Positions 1 through 12,717 of a stretch of DNA of 64,000 nucleotides are shown in pieces. Numbering within the stretch: position 1 is the stretch's first letter; each line of letters begins with the position of its first letter. A model generated the notes under the pieces. It ran no database searches, was not told the DNA's origin, and was given only the letters and a program-made list of their open reading frames with translations. Source of the stretch: Nemertoderma westbladi (Eukaryota; Animalia; Xenacoelomorpha); contig JAUCBJ010005891.1 in NCBI GenBank assembly GCA_032718475.1, forward strand, positions 13,587 to 77,586. Reading direction: 5' to 3'. Both the position numbers and the translations under genes were made by a program.

Positions 1-159
1 ATTATTTTATTAAGTGTCTGCATCATTGACCATCAATACATTTCGCTTTAAATCTGTAGCTACAAGCGTTTAAAAAAGTGTATCCGTCTATAATTACAGC
101 TACTTTTACGTTTATGTTAATTCGCCCCCTAGCGGCAGACAGAGGAACTGTAAAAGTCT

Positions 160-346
160 GTTTATTCTTCTGGTTAGAAAAAGCCGCCTCTGTAACTTGC
201 TTCTTTCCCTCAATACATCGTTTATTGTTTTGGTTAGAAAAAGCCGCCTCTGTAACTTGCTTCTTTCCCTCAATACATCGTTTATTGTTTTGGTTAGAAA
301 AAGCCGCCACTGTAACTTGCTCCTTTCCCTCAATACATCGTTTATT
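160..346. repeat. 60-bp tandem satellite (about 3 units), left flank of the Penelope composite
   Basis: Unit TCAATACATCGTTTATTGTTTTGGTTAGAAAAAGCCGCCTCTGTAACTTGCTYCTTTCCC recurs with a 60-bp period; the overlapping ORFs are repeat artefacts. Confidence 0.9.
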
Positions 347-382
347 CATTAGAATTAAAAAGCTTGAGTTAATGCAATATAG

Positions 383-1690
383 TGGTACTTTTATTTAATT
401 GTCAAGCAGTGAAGTAAAAACCTTACCGGTAGGTATGCAGTACAAATAAAACAGTAAAAAAAGCAACTGACCTGTAGACGTTGCATGCAATCAGTGATCA
501 GCTGACAACTGTCAGCTGATCAGTAGGTTTCGCCCCAATGGGGGCTTTCACAAGTAGCTAGTGCTAGAAAGGAGACAATAGATAGAAGTTCCCAAGGGAG
601 AAGGAAAGGTAAAGTGAAACAAGGTAGAAGTGTATCCGTCTATCCACTGGGAAAGCAGCACCTCAAACTTACGCCAATCACGTTTCTGTTTGTTAATGGC
701 GGGCTGACGCGTACGTATATAAAACATTTCAAGTTTTTGCAGGACAGGCCGCAATGGGTGCCGTGCAATTACTTTGAAATGCTTGAAGAACTCACGGCCA
801 GTCCGTCAACAACCGTGTATTGGGCTCGCCGCGGTGTGTCATGATATGGTTGTGAACTGTCTTGCCTTGTTCACTACCATCATTGGCCGACCCGTCTTGA
901 TGCTGTCTAACGCGTTCAAACAAGTGCTAGATGGTATGTCCAACATATTCCCCCTTACAAGCGGGACAAGAGAAAGAATAAACGACGTTAGACGCAAGAA
1001 TATCTGGAACCGGATGTTTCAATGATGGTAGTGATTGGCGCAGTTTGGCAGTTGTGTAAACAAACCGCACTGGTCGTGTGCAAGACCATGGTACTAGACC
1101 ACGCAACCTACGAACAAAAAGTTCGGTGGCCCGACCGCGGTACTCAAACTTACAGATAATGGGCGTGGGATTTTCCGACGGTTCCGGCTCCACCGGGTCA
1201 ATGACCTCGGAGGGTGTAACCGCAGTCACCTCGCTCTCACTACTATTGCCAGGACGCCCCCTAGCGGCACGGACGGCGGTAAGCTCACGCTGAATCATCG
1301 CATTTGTATATTGGTTATTGCTAAGAATAATATTAGCTTCCCCAATTGCAGTATTGAGCTGGGAGCCATCCCCGCCCTTACTAACTTTAAAAGTGCGATG
1401 AAACATTCCACGAACTACCCCCCGTTTGTATGACTCCGCGGGCACACGCAGTAGCATTGAGCACGAGCCCGGTATCTGTAGGCTTGCGGTACCACGCCGT
1501 CGCAAGCTCGTGAATAAACTCACAACGTCCAGGGAGTAGAGGCGGTCCGTGGGTTCTACCTCCAGTGCAACGAGACGATCGGCAGCCCCAGTGCTGTTAG
1601 TACTGATTCTACCCTCTGGCAGCACCTCCAACATGTCCCTGGAGATACTCAGCGACAGGGTGGTAGATGCTGCCAGGCATTGGAAGTTAT
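383..1690 (-). mobile_element. Penelope-like element, inverted 3' copy with an internal deletion
   Basis: Near-identical reverse complement of 3102-4814 lacking about 3285-3687; encodes LYSLDVVSLFT (RT) and NVVYSFSCPACKGEYVGHT (GIY-YIG). Confidence 0.9.
462..559 (-). ncRNA. Variant hammerhead-ribozyme-like motif in the PLE 3' end (core altered to UUGUGAA)
   Basis: Reverse complement of 4638-4735 with an A6-to-U change in the core. Confidence 0.45.
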
Positions 1691-1693
1691 TTT

Positions 1694-2610
1694 GACTATG
1701 TGATGATGGGGTGATGATATCTCCACCTACTGGCTCCAGAAGTCGAGAAATCCTGCCAAGTACCTAACTGATCTAGACTTTGCTGATGACTTATGAGTAC
1801 TCTCAGAATCACTAGAGGGAGCCCAACGGCTCCTCAGCTCATTAGAACATGCTGCTTCTAGTGTTGGTCTTTTTATTAACTCCAGAAAGACCAAAATTTT
1901 GACAGTTAACTTTGAAAGTCCTCAGCAAGTATCTGATCGGATGAGCATTAAGCTCAAAAGATGGTATGCTTGAGCATGTGGATGACTTCTGTTACCTGGG
2001 ATCATGGATCCGGAAGTCAGGTGAGGACCTTCGAATACGTAAGGGAAAGGCATGGGCAGCCTTGAATAGGCTTTCCAGGATTTGGAATTCAACGAGAATT
2101 AATCGTAATCTTAAGGTGCGATTATTTAGAGCAGCAGTAGTTCCAGTACTCCTCTATGGGAGTCCATGTTGGGCTCTAACTGCTGAGGACACCAAATCTC
2201 TGGATGGCACATTCACAAGAATGCTACGCCGGGTTCATTGTGTCAAGTACAATGCACACATCTCCAACCAGACACTATATAACATTGGAGGTGTCTCATT
2301 GGTTCCCCCAAGCTTGACACTAGAACAAAATCGCCTCCGCTTTGCAGGACATTGCTTTCGCCGTGAGGACCAGCCAGTGCATAATCTTGTACTTTGGCAG
2401 CCTCATTGAGTGAATAAGCATGGTGGACAGCCCATGACTTTCTTGAGACGCATCTTAAAGGACACTGGACTTGAAGATGCGGATGATCTAGCAAATGTCA
2501 TGGGTGATAGGGAGTTGTGGCGGTGCAATTTTGTCGATAAGCCGGCACAGCATTCTTATAAATGCAGCTGCAATGCAGCATGCGATCCTAGTAGTAGTAG
2601 TAGTAGTAGT
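1694..2610 (+). mobile_element. RTE-type LINE, 3' fragment with (TAG)n tail
   Basis: Near-identical to 20310-21243; DLDFADD region disrupted by frameshift and stops; FCYLGSWI thumb motif; ends in tagtagtag. Confidence 0.9.
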
Positions 2611-2756
2611 ATGGCCTCGCCAAGGTACTACTGTACTACTGTAGTATCCTTGCGCGGTAGTAACTTCGCTAGGAGTTCCTTACTCTCCTTACCCACAATA
2701 CTGGTGACCTCGTTCCGTATAACCTCGGCCCTGCGACGGTACACGTCGATCTTAAC

Positions 2757-4814
2757 GTCACTGTCGCTACCACAGCGCGTTACCTGAAGCAACAGGGCCT
2801 GATTGCTGTGCCGTTTGACAAGGGTGACTGCTATTGTATTATGAGGAAGGAGTCGTATCTGGCCAAGGCTGATACACTCATCGCAGACCCGGCTAAGTTT
2901 GGTCCACCTCCCGGTCGTCCTAGTGCTGTTAAGATCGACGTGTACCGTCGCAGGGCCGAGGTTATACGGAACGAGGTCACCAGTATTGTGGGTAAGGAGA
3001 GTAAGGAACTCCTAGCGAAGTTACTACCGCGCAAGGATACTACTCTCCCGAGGCTGTATGGCCTCGCCAAGGTCCACAAGGCTGGTGTCCCTCTCCGCCC
3101 GATAACTTCAATGCCTGGCAGCATCTACCACCCTGTCGCTGAGTATCTCAGGGACATGTTGGGGGTGCTGCCAGAGGGTAGAATCGGTACTAACAGCACT
3201 GGGGCTGCCGATCGTCTCGTTGCACTGGAGGTAGAACCCTCGGACCGCCTCTACTCCCTGGACGTTGTGAGTTTATTCACTAACGTTCCACTTAAGGAGG
3301 CGGTGCACCTTGCTACTGATCTACTGTACGAGCAACATCCTGACCAGCCTATCAACAAAGACCATTTTATTCGTCTTATGTTGGTTGCTACACAGGATGT
3401 TGTATTCCTGGATCACCGTGGTAATTACCGTTGTCAGAGGGATGGTGTCGCCATGGGCTCCCCTTTGGGTCCCATACTCGCCAACATCTTTATGTCACAG
3501 TTCGATGAGCAGATCGCGGCGGGTACCAAGCTTAGCGATAGGTACGTTGACGACGTGTTTAGTGTTGGTAATAACGACCCCACTGAGAAGTTGAGAGAGG
3601 TCAATGCCCTCCACCCCAATCTTAGGTTTACACTTGAAGGAACAGGGCCGCTTGCCTTTCCTGGATTTGGTTGTGTCCCGTACCGATCACGAGCTTGCGA
3701 CGGCGTGGTACCGCAAGCCTACAGATACCGGGCTCGTGCTCAATGCTACTGCTTGTGCCCCGGAGTCATATAAACGGGGGGTAGTTCGTGCAATGTTTCA
3801 TCGCACTTTTAACGTTAGTAAGGGCGGGGATGGCTCCCAGCTCAATACTGCAATTGGGGAAGCTAATATTATTCTTAGCAATAACCAATATACAAATGCG
3901 ATGATTTAGCGTGAGCTTACCGCCGCCCGTGCCGCTAGGGGGCGTCCTGGCAATAGTAGTGAGAGCGAGGTGATTCCGGTTACACCCTCCGAGGCCATTG
4001 GCCCGGTGGAGCCGGAACCGTCGGAAAATCCCACGCCCATTATCTGTAAGTTTGAGTACCGCGGTCGGGCCACCGAACTTTTTGTTCGTAGGTTGCGTGG
4101 TCTAGTACCATGGTCTTGCACACGACCAGTGCGGTGTGTTTACACAACTGCCAAACTGCGCCAATCACTAACATCATTGAAACATCCGGTTCCAGATATT
4201 CTTGCGTCTAACGTCGTTTATTCTTTCTCTTGTCCCGCTTGTAAGGGGGAATATGTTGGACATACCATCTAGCACTTGTTTGAACGCGTTAGACAGCATC
4301 AAGACGGGTCGGCCAATGATGGTAGTGAACAAGGCAAGACAGTTCACAACCATATCGTGACACACCGCGGCGAGCCCAATACACGGTGGTTGACGGACTG
4401 GCGTGAGTTCTCCAAGCATTTCAAAGTAATTGCACGGCACCCATTGCGGCCTGTCCTGTAAAAACTTGAAATGTTTTATATACGTACGCGTCAGCCCGTC
4501 ATTAACAAACAGAAACGTGATTGGCGTAAGTTTGAGGTGCTGCTTCCCAGTGGTTAGACGGATACACTTCTACCTTGTTTCACTTTACCTTTCCTTCTCC
4601 CTTGGGAACTTATATCTATTGTCTCCTTTCTAGCACTAGCTACTTGAGAAAGCCCCCATTGGGGCGAAACCTACTGATCAGCTGACAGTTGTCAGCTGAT
4701 CACTGATTGCATGCAACGTCTACAGGTCAGTTGCTTTTTTACTGTTTCATTTGTACTGCATACCCTACCGGTAAGGTTTTTACTTCACTGCTTGACAATT
4801 AAATAAAAGTACCA
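2757..4814 (+). mobile_element. Penelope-like retroelement (RT plus GIY-YIG), 5'-truncated and disrupted
   Basis: PFDKG, PRLYGLAKVHKAGVPLRPI, SLDVVSLFTNVP, GVAMGSPLGPILANIFM, RYVDD, LPFLD, WYRKPT, then VVY-C-x2-C-YVGHT; frameshift near 3650 and stops at 3907, 4270, 4459. Confidence 0.93.
4638..4735 (+). ncRNA. Type I hammerhead-ribozyme-like motif (U3-A8 variant core) in the PLE 3' end
   Basis: AGCUAC-UUGAGAA-A-GCCCC(CAUU)GGGGC-GAAA-CCU...AGG-UC-A-GUUGCU; predicted cleavage after C4728; hammerheads in PLE terminal repeats are established. Confidence 0.6.
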
Positions 4815-4815
4815 T

Positions 4816-5405
4816 ATCGTTTATTGTTTTGGTTAGTAAAAGCCGTCTCTGTAACTTGCTCCTTTCCCTCAATACATCGTTTATTGTTTTGGTTAGAAAA
4901 AGCCGCCTCTGTAACTTGCTTCCTTCCCTCAATACATCGTTTATTGTTTTGGTTAGAAAACGCCGCCTCTGTAACTTGCTCCTTTCCCTCAATACATCGT
5001 TTATTGTTTTGGTTAGAAAAAGCCGCCTCTGTAACTTGCTCCTTTCCCTCAATACATCGTTTATTGTTTTGGTTAGAGAAAGCCGCCTCTGTAACTTGCT
5101 CCTTTCCCTCAATACATCGTTTATTGTTTTGGTTAGAGAAAGCCACCTCTGTAACTTGCTCCTTTCCGTCAATACATCAATTATTATTTTGGTTAGAAAA
5201 TGCCGCCTCTGTAACTTGCTCCTTTCCCTCTATACATCGTTTATTGTTTTGGTTAGAGAAAGCCGCCTCTGTAACTTGATCCTTTCCGTCAATACATCAA
5301 TTATTATTTTGGTTAGAAAAAGCCGCCTCTGTAACTTGCTCCTTTCCCTCAATACATCAATTATTATTTTGGTTAGAAAAAGCCGCTTCTGTAACTTGCT
5401 CCTTT
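4816..5405. repeat. 60-bp tandem satellite (about 10 units)
   Basis: Same unit and orientation as 160-346. Confidence 0.95.
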
Positions 5406-5475
5406 ATTATTGTTTGTTTTTCTTTTCGACTCTTTCAACCCGAAATCCTATTTTACAACCTTATTGTTTATTTAG

Positions 5476-5608
5476 GCTGTGGCTAAGAGTATAGAGCTTG
5501 AGTTACGTAAGGTGGAGGTGCAGCAATGCAGCCAACACGTTACTTACCTAACCAGTTTCATGCCGGAGACATTCCTCAAACGGGGTGGCGACCACGACTG
5601 TATATTGG
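5476..5608 (+). CDS. DCTN1: Dynactin subunit 1 (p150Glued) exon, first in the window
   Basis: tttag|AVAKSIELELRKVEVQQCSQHVTYLTSFMPETFLKRGGDHDCIL-G|gtgagt; resembles the recalled p150 segment AHAKAIEMELRQMEV...FMPDSFLRPGGDHDCVL; phase 1 joins exon 28802; absent from the ORF track. Confidence 0.92.
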
Positions 5609-6469
5609 GTGAGTCATGATCTATTATTAGATTTCTATTATATTATGGTGTGATAATAATTATTGTAATATCAATATGAAGCCTTAAGGCTGGTTTATAC
5701 GTATGACTATCAACTTCACTATGAGAAACTTAACTTGTGTCGCAGTAGAAATTTAGCAACGTAGTGTTTATATGGAGCAACTTGATGGGCAACTCGAGTC
5801 TCTCAACTATAGTTACCACGTGTAAACCGGAAGCTAACAGGTGTCGTCTGGGCCGATTGTAACAGTGACTACTGTGTGACTATTAGTGTAAAAGTGACTA
5901 CTGTCGCTTTCGCCCCTTACGCGCCAACACCGTCCAAGTCGAATTTTTTTACAAAAAAATGGATATATTTAGAACCAGTACAACGGGCGCATCTTTCTAG
6001 CTAAGTCGCGAAGCGAGAAAATTAAGACCTGAGAAAATAATTTTTTGCCAAAACCGTCCAAGTCGACAATTCTCAAATGCCAAAACAATGCAAATTTAGC
6101 AAGTATTGTGTTAGATAATGTGTAAGTTATTTATATAAATTTACATGCCAAAACAATCTAACGGTGTAGTTTGTTTTGGGGTTTAGATAATGAGAATCTT
6201 TTCACATAATTTACATGCCAAAACCTTCCTCCTACATTTCGACGGTTTTCGTTATTTATTTATTATGTTAAACATTATTACATGCGAAAACCCTTTGTGT
6301 AATATTGACTAAATAGGAAAGCTGTTTTGTTTAACCCAAAACCCAAAACCGCTTTCTGATACATTCCTATAGGTGTGGTAATTTTTTTCAAATAATTAGT
6401 TCCATGACTTATGCCAAAACCGATCAAGTATAAATGGAAAGGTATCAGTCAGTGTCTGTTTACATTCTG

Positions 6470-7660
6470 AGGAAATTATTGCAGCTATCAGATGACTGAA
6501 CGATAGTTCCGTTTCCAGTTTTTGTGTCTACTGCTGGTGATGACACCGCTCCATTCAAGTCTTTTATGAGGAGTCCTTCAGGGTGATACACTTGCACCAT
6601 TTTTAATCATATTGTAGTTGATTACGTTCTATGCATTGGAAATTTATTATTAGGGTAAATAGATAATTAATAATTATTATAAAATTGTCATGTTAAATAT
6701 TAATATAATATTTTTCTAGGTATTTTTTAATTTGAACAGAATTTGCATTGGAACCCTTATTTTGGATAATTACTGTATCTGTGGATCTAGTTATCTGTGA
6801 GGTGCTTATTTAACTATTTAAATTTAGTAATTATCTATAAATAAGTATACTACTAACTATGTCCTTAGACCACCTTAATAAAGATGGGGTGATGGTAACA
6901 CCCCCTACTGGTACAAGAAGTAGAAGAAATTCAGCTAAGTAACTTTCTGATATAGACTTTGCTGATAACTAAGGGGTACTGTCAGAACCATTAATACAGG
7001 GAACCCTAAGGCTCCTCTCCGAGCAGGTTGCTTATGCTTATAGTGTTATTCTTTTTGTAAATTCCAAGAAGACAGCCCTCAAAAAAATGTATCATTGTAA
7101 GGACATAAAGCTCCAGGGATAGCTTGCTTGAGCATCTGCTACTTGGAATCATGGATCCGGAAGTCAGGTGAATGAAGACTTTCGGATATGTAAGGTGAAG
7201 GCATGGGCAGCATTGAATAGTGTGTCTAGGATTTGGAAGTCCCATAGAATAAAATTTAATCTCAAGATTCGATTATTTATGGCAGCAGTAGTACCAGTGT
7301 CAAGTACAATGAACACATCACCAATCAGACGCTATACACCATTGGAGGTGTTCCATTAGTCTTCCCTAACTTGACACTCCGCTTTGCAGGATATTGTTTT
7401 CGCGGTGAGGACCAGCCAGTGCATAATCTTGTGCTTTGGCTGCCTCTTAGATTGAATACGCATGGTGGACTGGACAGCCGATGACTTTCTTAAAGACGCC
7501 TCGTAAAGGACGCTGGCCTTGAAGATGCGGATGATCATGATCTAGCAAATGTTAAGGGTGATACTGGTAGGGAGTTGTGGCGGGGCAATTCTGTCGACAA
7601 GCCGGCACCACAGTATTCTTAACTGTAATATATATAATGCAGCTACAATGCAGCATGCCG
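6470..7660 (+). mobile_element. Old, degenerate RTE LINE fragments
   Basis: Decayed similarity to 20165-21230 (caggg-gatacacttgcaccatt, gactttgctgat, gcatgggcagc-ttgaatag, gcagcatgccg end). Confidence 0.75.
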
Positions 7661-8675
7661 ATACGCGGACCCTGGTTTAATTGTCAACGGAATATCAACT
7701 GTATTAAAAGGAAGTTTTGGTTGGAATTGGACACAAACCAATTATGTAGGTGTAGGAGATCTTAACTGAGTTTGACGCACCATTACCAGAAGACGCTGAT
7801 GATTAGATAGTAAGGGGCATTATTAGAATGTTTACTATTCTTATAACTTAAAACCTTTAAGTTAGTGTGCTAATCAGTTAGAACTATATGCATGCATTAA
7901 CTTACATTTCAAAACTTACTTCAATAAACTTAAAACTGCTTTACTTTTTAACCCTTTCTTTACTTATTAAAAGTTATTGTCACCAATTAATACATTTCCT
8001 CTGAAATAATTTTGATTGCCGAGACAATATAATTAGTTAATATATACACAAATTAATTGTGCAATAATTATATACCTTTATCAACCAGTGTGATGGATGG
8101 TTTTGGTGTAACAATTACACAAAAAATATAATGATATTGATAGAAGTATGGTTATCAACATTTTCCAAAACCTGTTATATGCGAGTTAGCAGCTTTTGGG
8201 GAACTATTTTACTAGAATTATGAACGAGAATGCAATGCATTATTACAAAAATAAGCATCAGAATAGAATTCTACGCCTGTAATTCCCCTAAAAACATCAT
8301 CTACGAGATCTATATGGAGACAAATGCCAAGCATCAAATGTTTTCTAAATTTTCTCGGAATCTTGAAAAAAGTACTTCGCTTGAGTTGAGAGGGCCGTAC
8401 TTCCCGTACCTTTGGTTTTGGTTATCTGGTGTGGCCGAAATAATAACTTCCGGCGGTTTAATAAACGAGTCCTGACAAAATCGGAGGACGTAAAATATAA
8501 TAAGTTAGACTCCGTCCTACATTTTTCCCAAAATGAGTAGTGAGACTGACATCAGGATAATATAGCTTTAAGTCAGTTAGTATGGAAGTCGGAAAGCACG
8601 GGTAGCGAACTGTGGAGCTGTTGTTCTGCGGGGTCGGACGGCCGGCGTTCGATGTATGTAATTAATGAATCTTAA

Positions 8676-9744
8676 CCCTTAAACTGGTGTCAACTCAAAC
8701 TTAGGAATAAACTTGGTGGGAATTTTATTAATGTTTGTGTCTGAGAATTAGTGAAAACTCGTATTTGAGTTCTCGCCAGTCGACTCCCTCTTGGTGGATC
8801 TTTTTTTTAAGAAGAATTAGCTGACTTGGTGAAAACTCATGAGTTTATGAGCCAACGTGTCTGGACTTGGTAGAGATTATATTTTTCTGCTATTCCTCCT
8901 TGGTGAGAGTTTTTCTTATATTTATAAAGCTCAAAATTTTTTTATGTAAATTTAAGAATTGAGTGCGGAATTATATCAGTTTTGTATTCAAAAAGAAAAT
9001 AGAATGGCTTGAAAATTTTTCGTAACATTCAATGAATGTAAAAATCTAAGTGTTGAAAAAAAAAATTTATTAAATTAAATGTAAATCCAGAAATTTCTTA
9101 GATTTTTTAAATAAATAAAACGTATCGATCCGTATCGACGCTTAATAGATCCGATAAAAATAAATCAGAAAACTCTTTGTCAGATTCAGAGTTTTCAGTT
9201 TCAGAGTTCCGAAATTAAGCTAGTTTGCCATCGTGTATTGAGTTATGCACTCGTTGGGATTTTAGCAATCGCTACGCTCGTACGTAAAATCTGCCAAATC
9301 TTGCAGTCAGACAGCACAAATGTATTTCTGCGCATTGAAAATGTTGACAAAAAAAGGATCTTAACAGTTTTTTTTTTTTATCGAATAAGATTAATTATTA
9401 TAAAATAAAGCTGCGAATTAGTTCAAACGTTAAATTAGCGACAGACTGCGTAATTTTGAACTTCAGTGGCGGTCAAAGTATAGCCGAAACTCATGTGAGT
9501 TGAAACCAAGTCAGAACGGTTTTACTGTAACTCATATATGAGTTTTCACCAAGTCAGAATACATTGAAGGAAAAGTTCCCACCAAGTAGAACTTACTCTC
9601 ATTAAACTCATATTTGAGTTTTCAACAAGTTATAATAAATTTCATCAATAATTCCCGCCAAGTACAACTGACAATCGCAGAACTCATATTTGAGTTTTCA
9701 CCAAGTGGAGATGCGATTTAGAAAAATCGTCACCAGTTTAAGGG
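8676..9744. mobile_element. piggyBac-type MITE
   Basis: TTAA|CCCTTAAACTGGTG ... CACCAGTTTAAGGG|TTAA; inverted subterminal CTTGGTGAAAACTCA-like repeats; no ORF. Confidence 0.85.
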
Positions 9745-12717
9745 TTAATTAAAATTAAAGAAATCATAACAAATTAATAATTCGAAATCACTTATATCAT
9801 AAGATATCGTAGGCTGTCAACTAAATCATAAGAGGTGCAACCATTTACTGTACGAAGATGACCTATCTCTAGCATCTAACTCTATCGTAAGTTTATATAA
9901 ATTAATTGATACTTTTGCAAGTTATGCCGAGAGGCACTCTATTGTAATTCATATTAAGAAATCGAAATTTATGCGCTACATTCCAAAAGCTAATAAGAAC
10001 AGTTTGGTATAGTCTATTTCAATCAACGGCGCCCCGTTAGATACTGTGAGTAAATAAATATAAGTACTTGGGTCAATATCTTTCATTGTACAACTGATGA
10101 TAACTACGACATATTGAACCAATTATCTAGTCTGTACCATAGGGGTGATTTTCTCATCCGTAAGTTCGGTGTTTGTACCCGAGACGTGAAGGTTGGACTC
10201 CTCCGTTCTTTTCGCACGCAAATTTAATGCACTAATTTAATCTGCATGGCAAAATTACCCCCTCGCCATGTACTGTTAGTATATCTTTATGTGACCCTTA
10301 GCGCGGTTTATATCACTTTATATGACAGGGAAGGGAACGTCAACCTAAGCCGCCCACATAACCAAAGTACTTTACCAACCACTATATGTGGGGGGGGGGG
10401 GGGGGGGGGGTCCAATGAATTAGCAATATAAAATGCACCAGCAGATAGCATCTATTCACCCAAACAATTCCACGCATTTATAAAAATGTATATTTATATA
10501 CGAAATTCACAGATACAAACGAAACATCTTTATCTCGTGAAAATAATATGTACATAAATGTTAAGAAATTGAAATCAAACAGATAGAAAAATTATATCAA
10601 AGAAGTAAAATAACAACTTGACTCCTATTCATGTTAAAATATCTAATAAATAGATTTAATTAAATATGAAAAAAAAGTTCAGTTCAAAATAAACAGCAAA
10701 TTATTAAGCTTGGAAACTCAAAAAATAATAAATACTCAACAGACTATTTATACAAAAATTAAAAGAACTACAAGTATAAGTAAGAGTAATAATAACAAGC
10801 AAATACAAGTAAACCGAAGTATTCACTATCTATATCACAATCACCCTTAATATACCAAAAAGTTTTTTACAATCCCCATCAGCCCCCCCCCCCCCCCCCC
10901 CATAATTTTTTTCAGAATGCGACGAATAATACATCCGAGAAGTAACTTTATAATTATTTATTACATGGGAAAAAGAGTTGAACTTTTTTTTTCATTATTC
11001 TCGAGGCATTTAATTTACCGAGCGTCAGCCAGGTTAATAAAGGGTCGAGAGAATATTAAAGAGAGAAGAGGGAATAAATTACCTCCTTGAACACATCTAA
11101 TAAAATTTAAGAAATTCAACCAAAAATATTTTATTTTACTTTTTTCGCCGGGAAAAAAAGTAAAATCAATGGAATCCTATGGGTTACTTTTTTTCCTTCG
11201 AGAAAAAATCTCCCGATTTTGGGGTATATTCGAGAGAAAAAGTAACATTATTTAAGAATAAAACTATTAATTATTAGGCCTATTTAGTTAGAAAGCATTT
11301 AAAAGTTTCATTATGTGCGTTAGATATTCCGTATGTTTTGGAATTTAATAGTGAAGTTCATTTAAAAGTTTCAGTTTGTTTTTTTCAGTGCGAAATTATT
11401 ATTATAGAATATTGTCCAAAAAAAAAATTACGTTTTAAAGATTAAGTCTTAAAGTTGGGGAGGGCAGGGGGCTCTGACTTAGTTAAACAATTTGTTATAT
11501 TAAAGGTGATTATTTTTGTATTAATATAATACCAACCTTTAACTAATAGGTACTATTGTAAAACTGAAAAAATCGTTCACTCCTAGTTTTTATTAATAGA
11601 CACGCGTTAATTATTATTAACTGCAATAAACAACGATAGTATCATATTCGTAGACAATGACGTCACCACGGTGGTAGACAAATTTGGAAACGGTGTACCT
11701 TAAATGTAAACACTAATTAATAATTATAATATCTACCTGTGTTAGTTACGTTATATTTAATTAGCAATTACCCTGTAACAAAGATATCATATAAAAATAA
11801 TATCCAAATACACCATAATGATATTGCCGCAATTGCCGATAATTGAATATAATAACGAAATATAACTGTATCTTAGACGTTTAACGACGTTTTATTATCA
11901 GTATTTTATTATTATTATTGCAAAAATTATTATAAACAATTTAAGTATCTTATATATTATTATTATGAATTCTTATTATTATAGTATATTACATGTTTTA
12001 TTTATCATCTTTGTTTGATAAAAAATATGAAATAATTAAATAAAATATCTTATAATATATAACTCGTTAAATTTAATTGATTGATTGATTGAGCACCGTG
12101 TGAGTTAGTAAGAACTATATTACATACTTTACATGCAGAAACGTCTTTGTCTGTCTAATTATATCCCTATTATCATAAAAAAAAGACGATACGTCTTTTA
12201 TATTACTACAAAATACGATTTTATAAATTAATACTGGAAAACCCTCAATTAAATAATGCATGAACTGTTCACTTTTTTGTTTATAAAAAGCCCTAAAAAT
12301 TTTCCTTGTACCCGATACCATTGGTTCTAAAATAACTGGAACTGGCCCATAGCATGTATCAGTAAAAAACCGTCAAACAAAGTGTTCATTTATGGTGGCA
12401 ATTATGTGACAAATAAAATACAATTGGTCAACTTATCTCCTCCAAGTAAAAAAGCTATTGCTTGGTGTACGAAAATAGGTTATATATGTTTAATTCTGGG
12501 TCTAAAACTAAAAATAAAAATAGGGACTGTCAGTGTCACGATGTGAGTTGAGTTACTCTAATTACAAGGGGTGGAAGTAAAATAATATAATATTAGCGTG
12601 ACAAAAAATGTTAATAAAAAATGGATAATAAAATGATATGATTGTGACCGTGGCCGATTGCGCCAGTACACTGCGGTTGCTACGGTTTTGAAGACTTGAG
12701 ACGGGTTGCTATGGCTA

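Noticed and set aside
10092-10135. CTGATGA motifs at about 10094 and about 7796 as further hammerheads
   Set aside because: No properly placed GAAA, stem II/III or stem I partner
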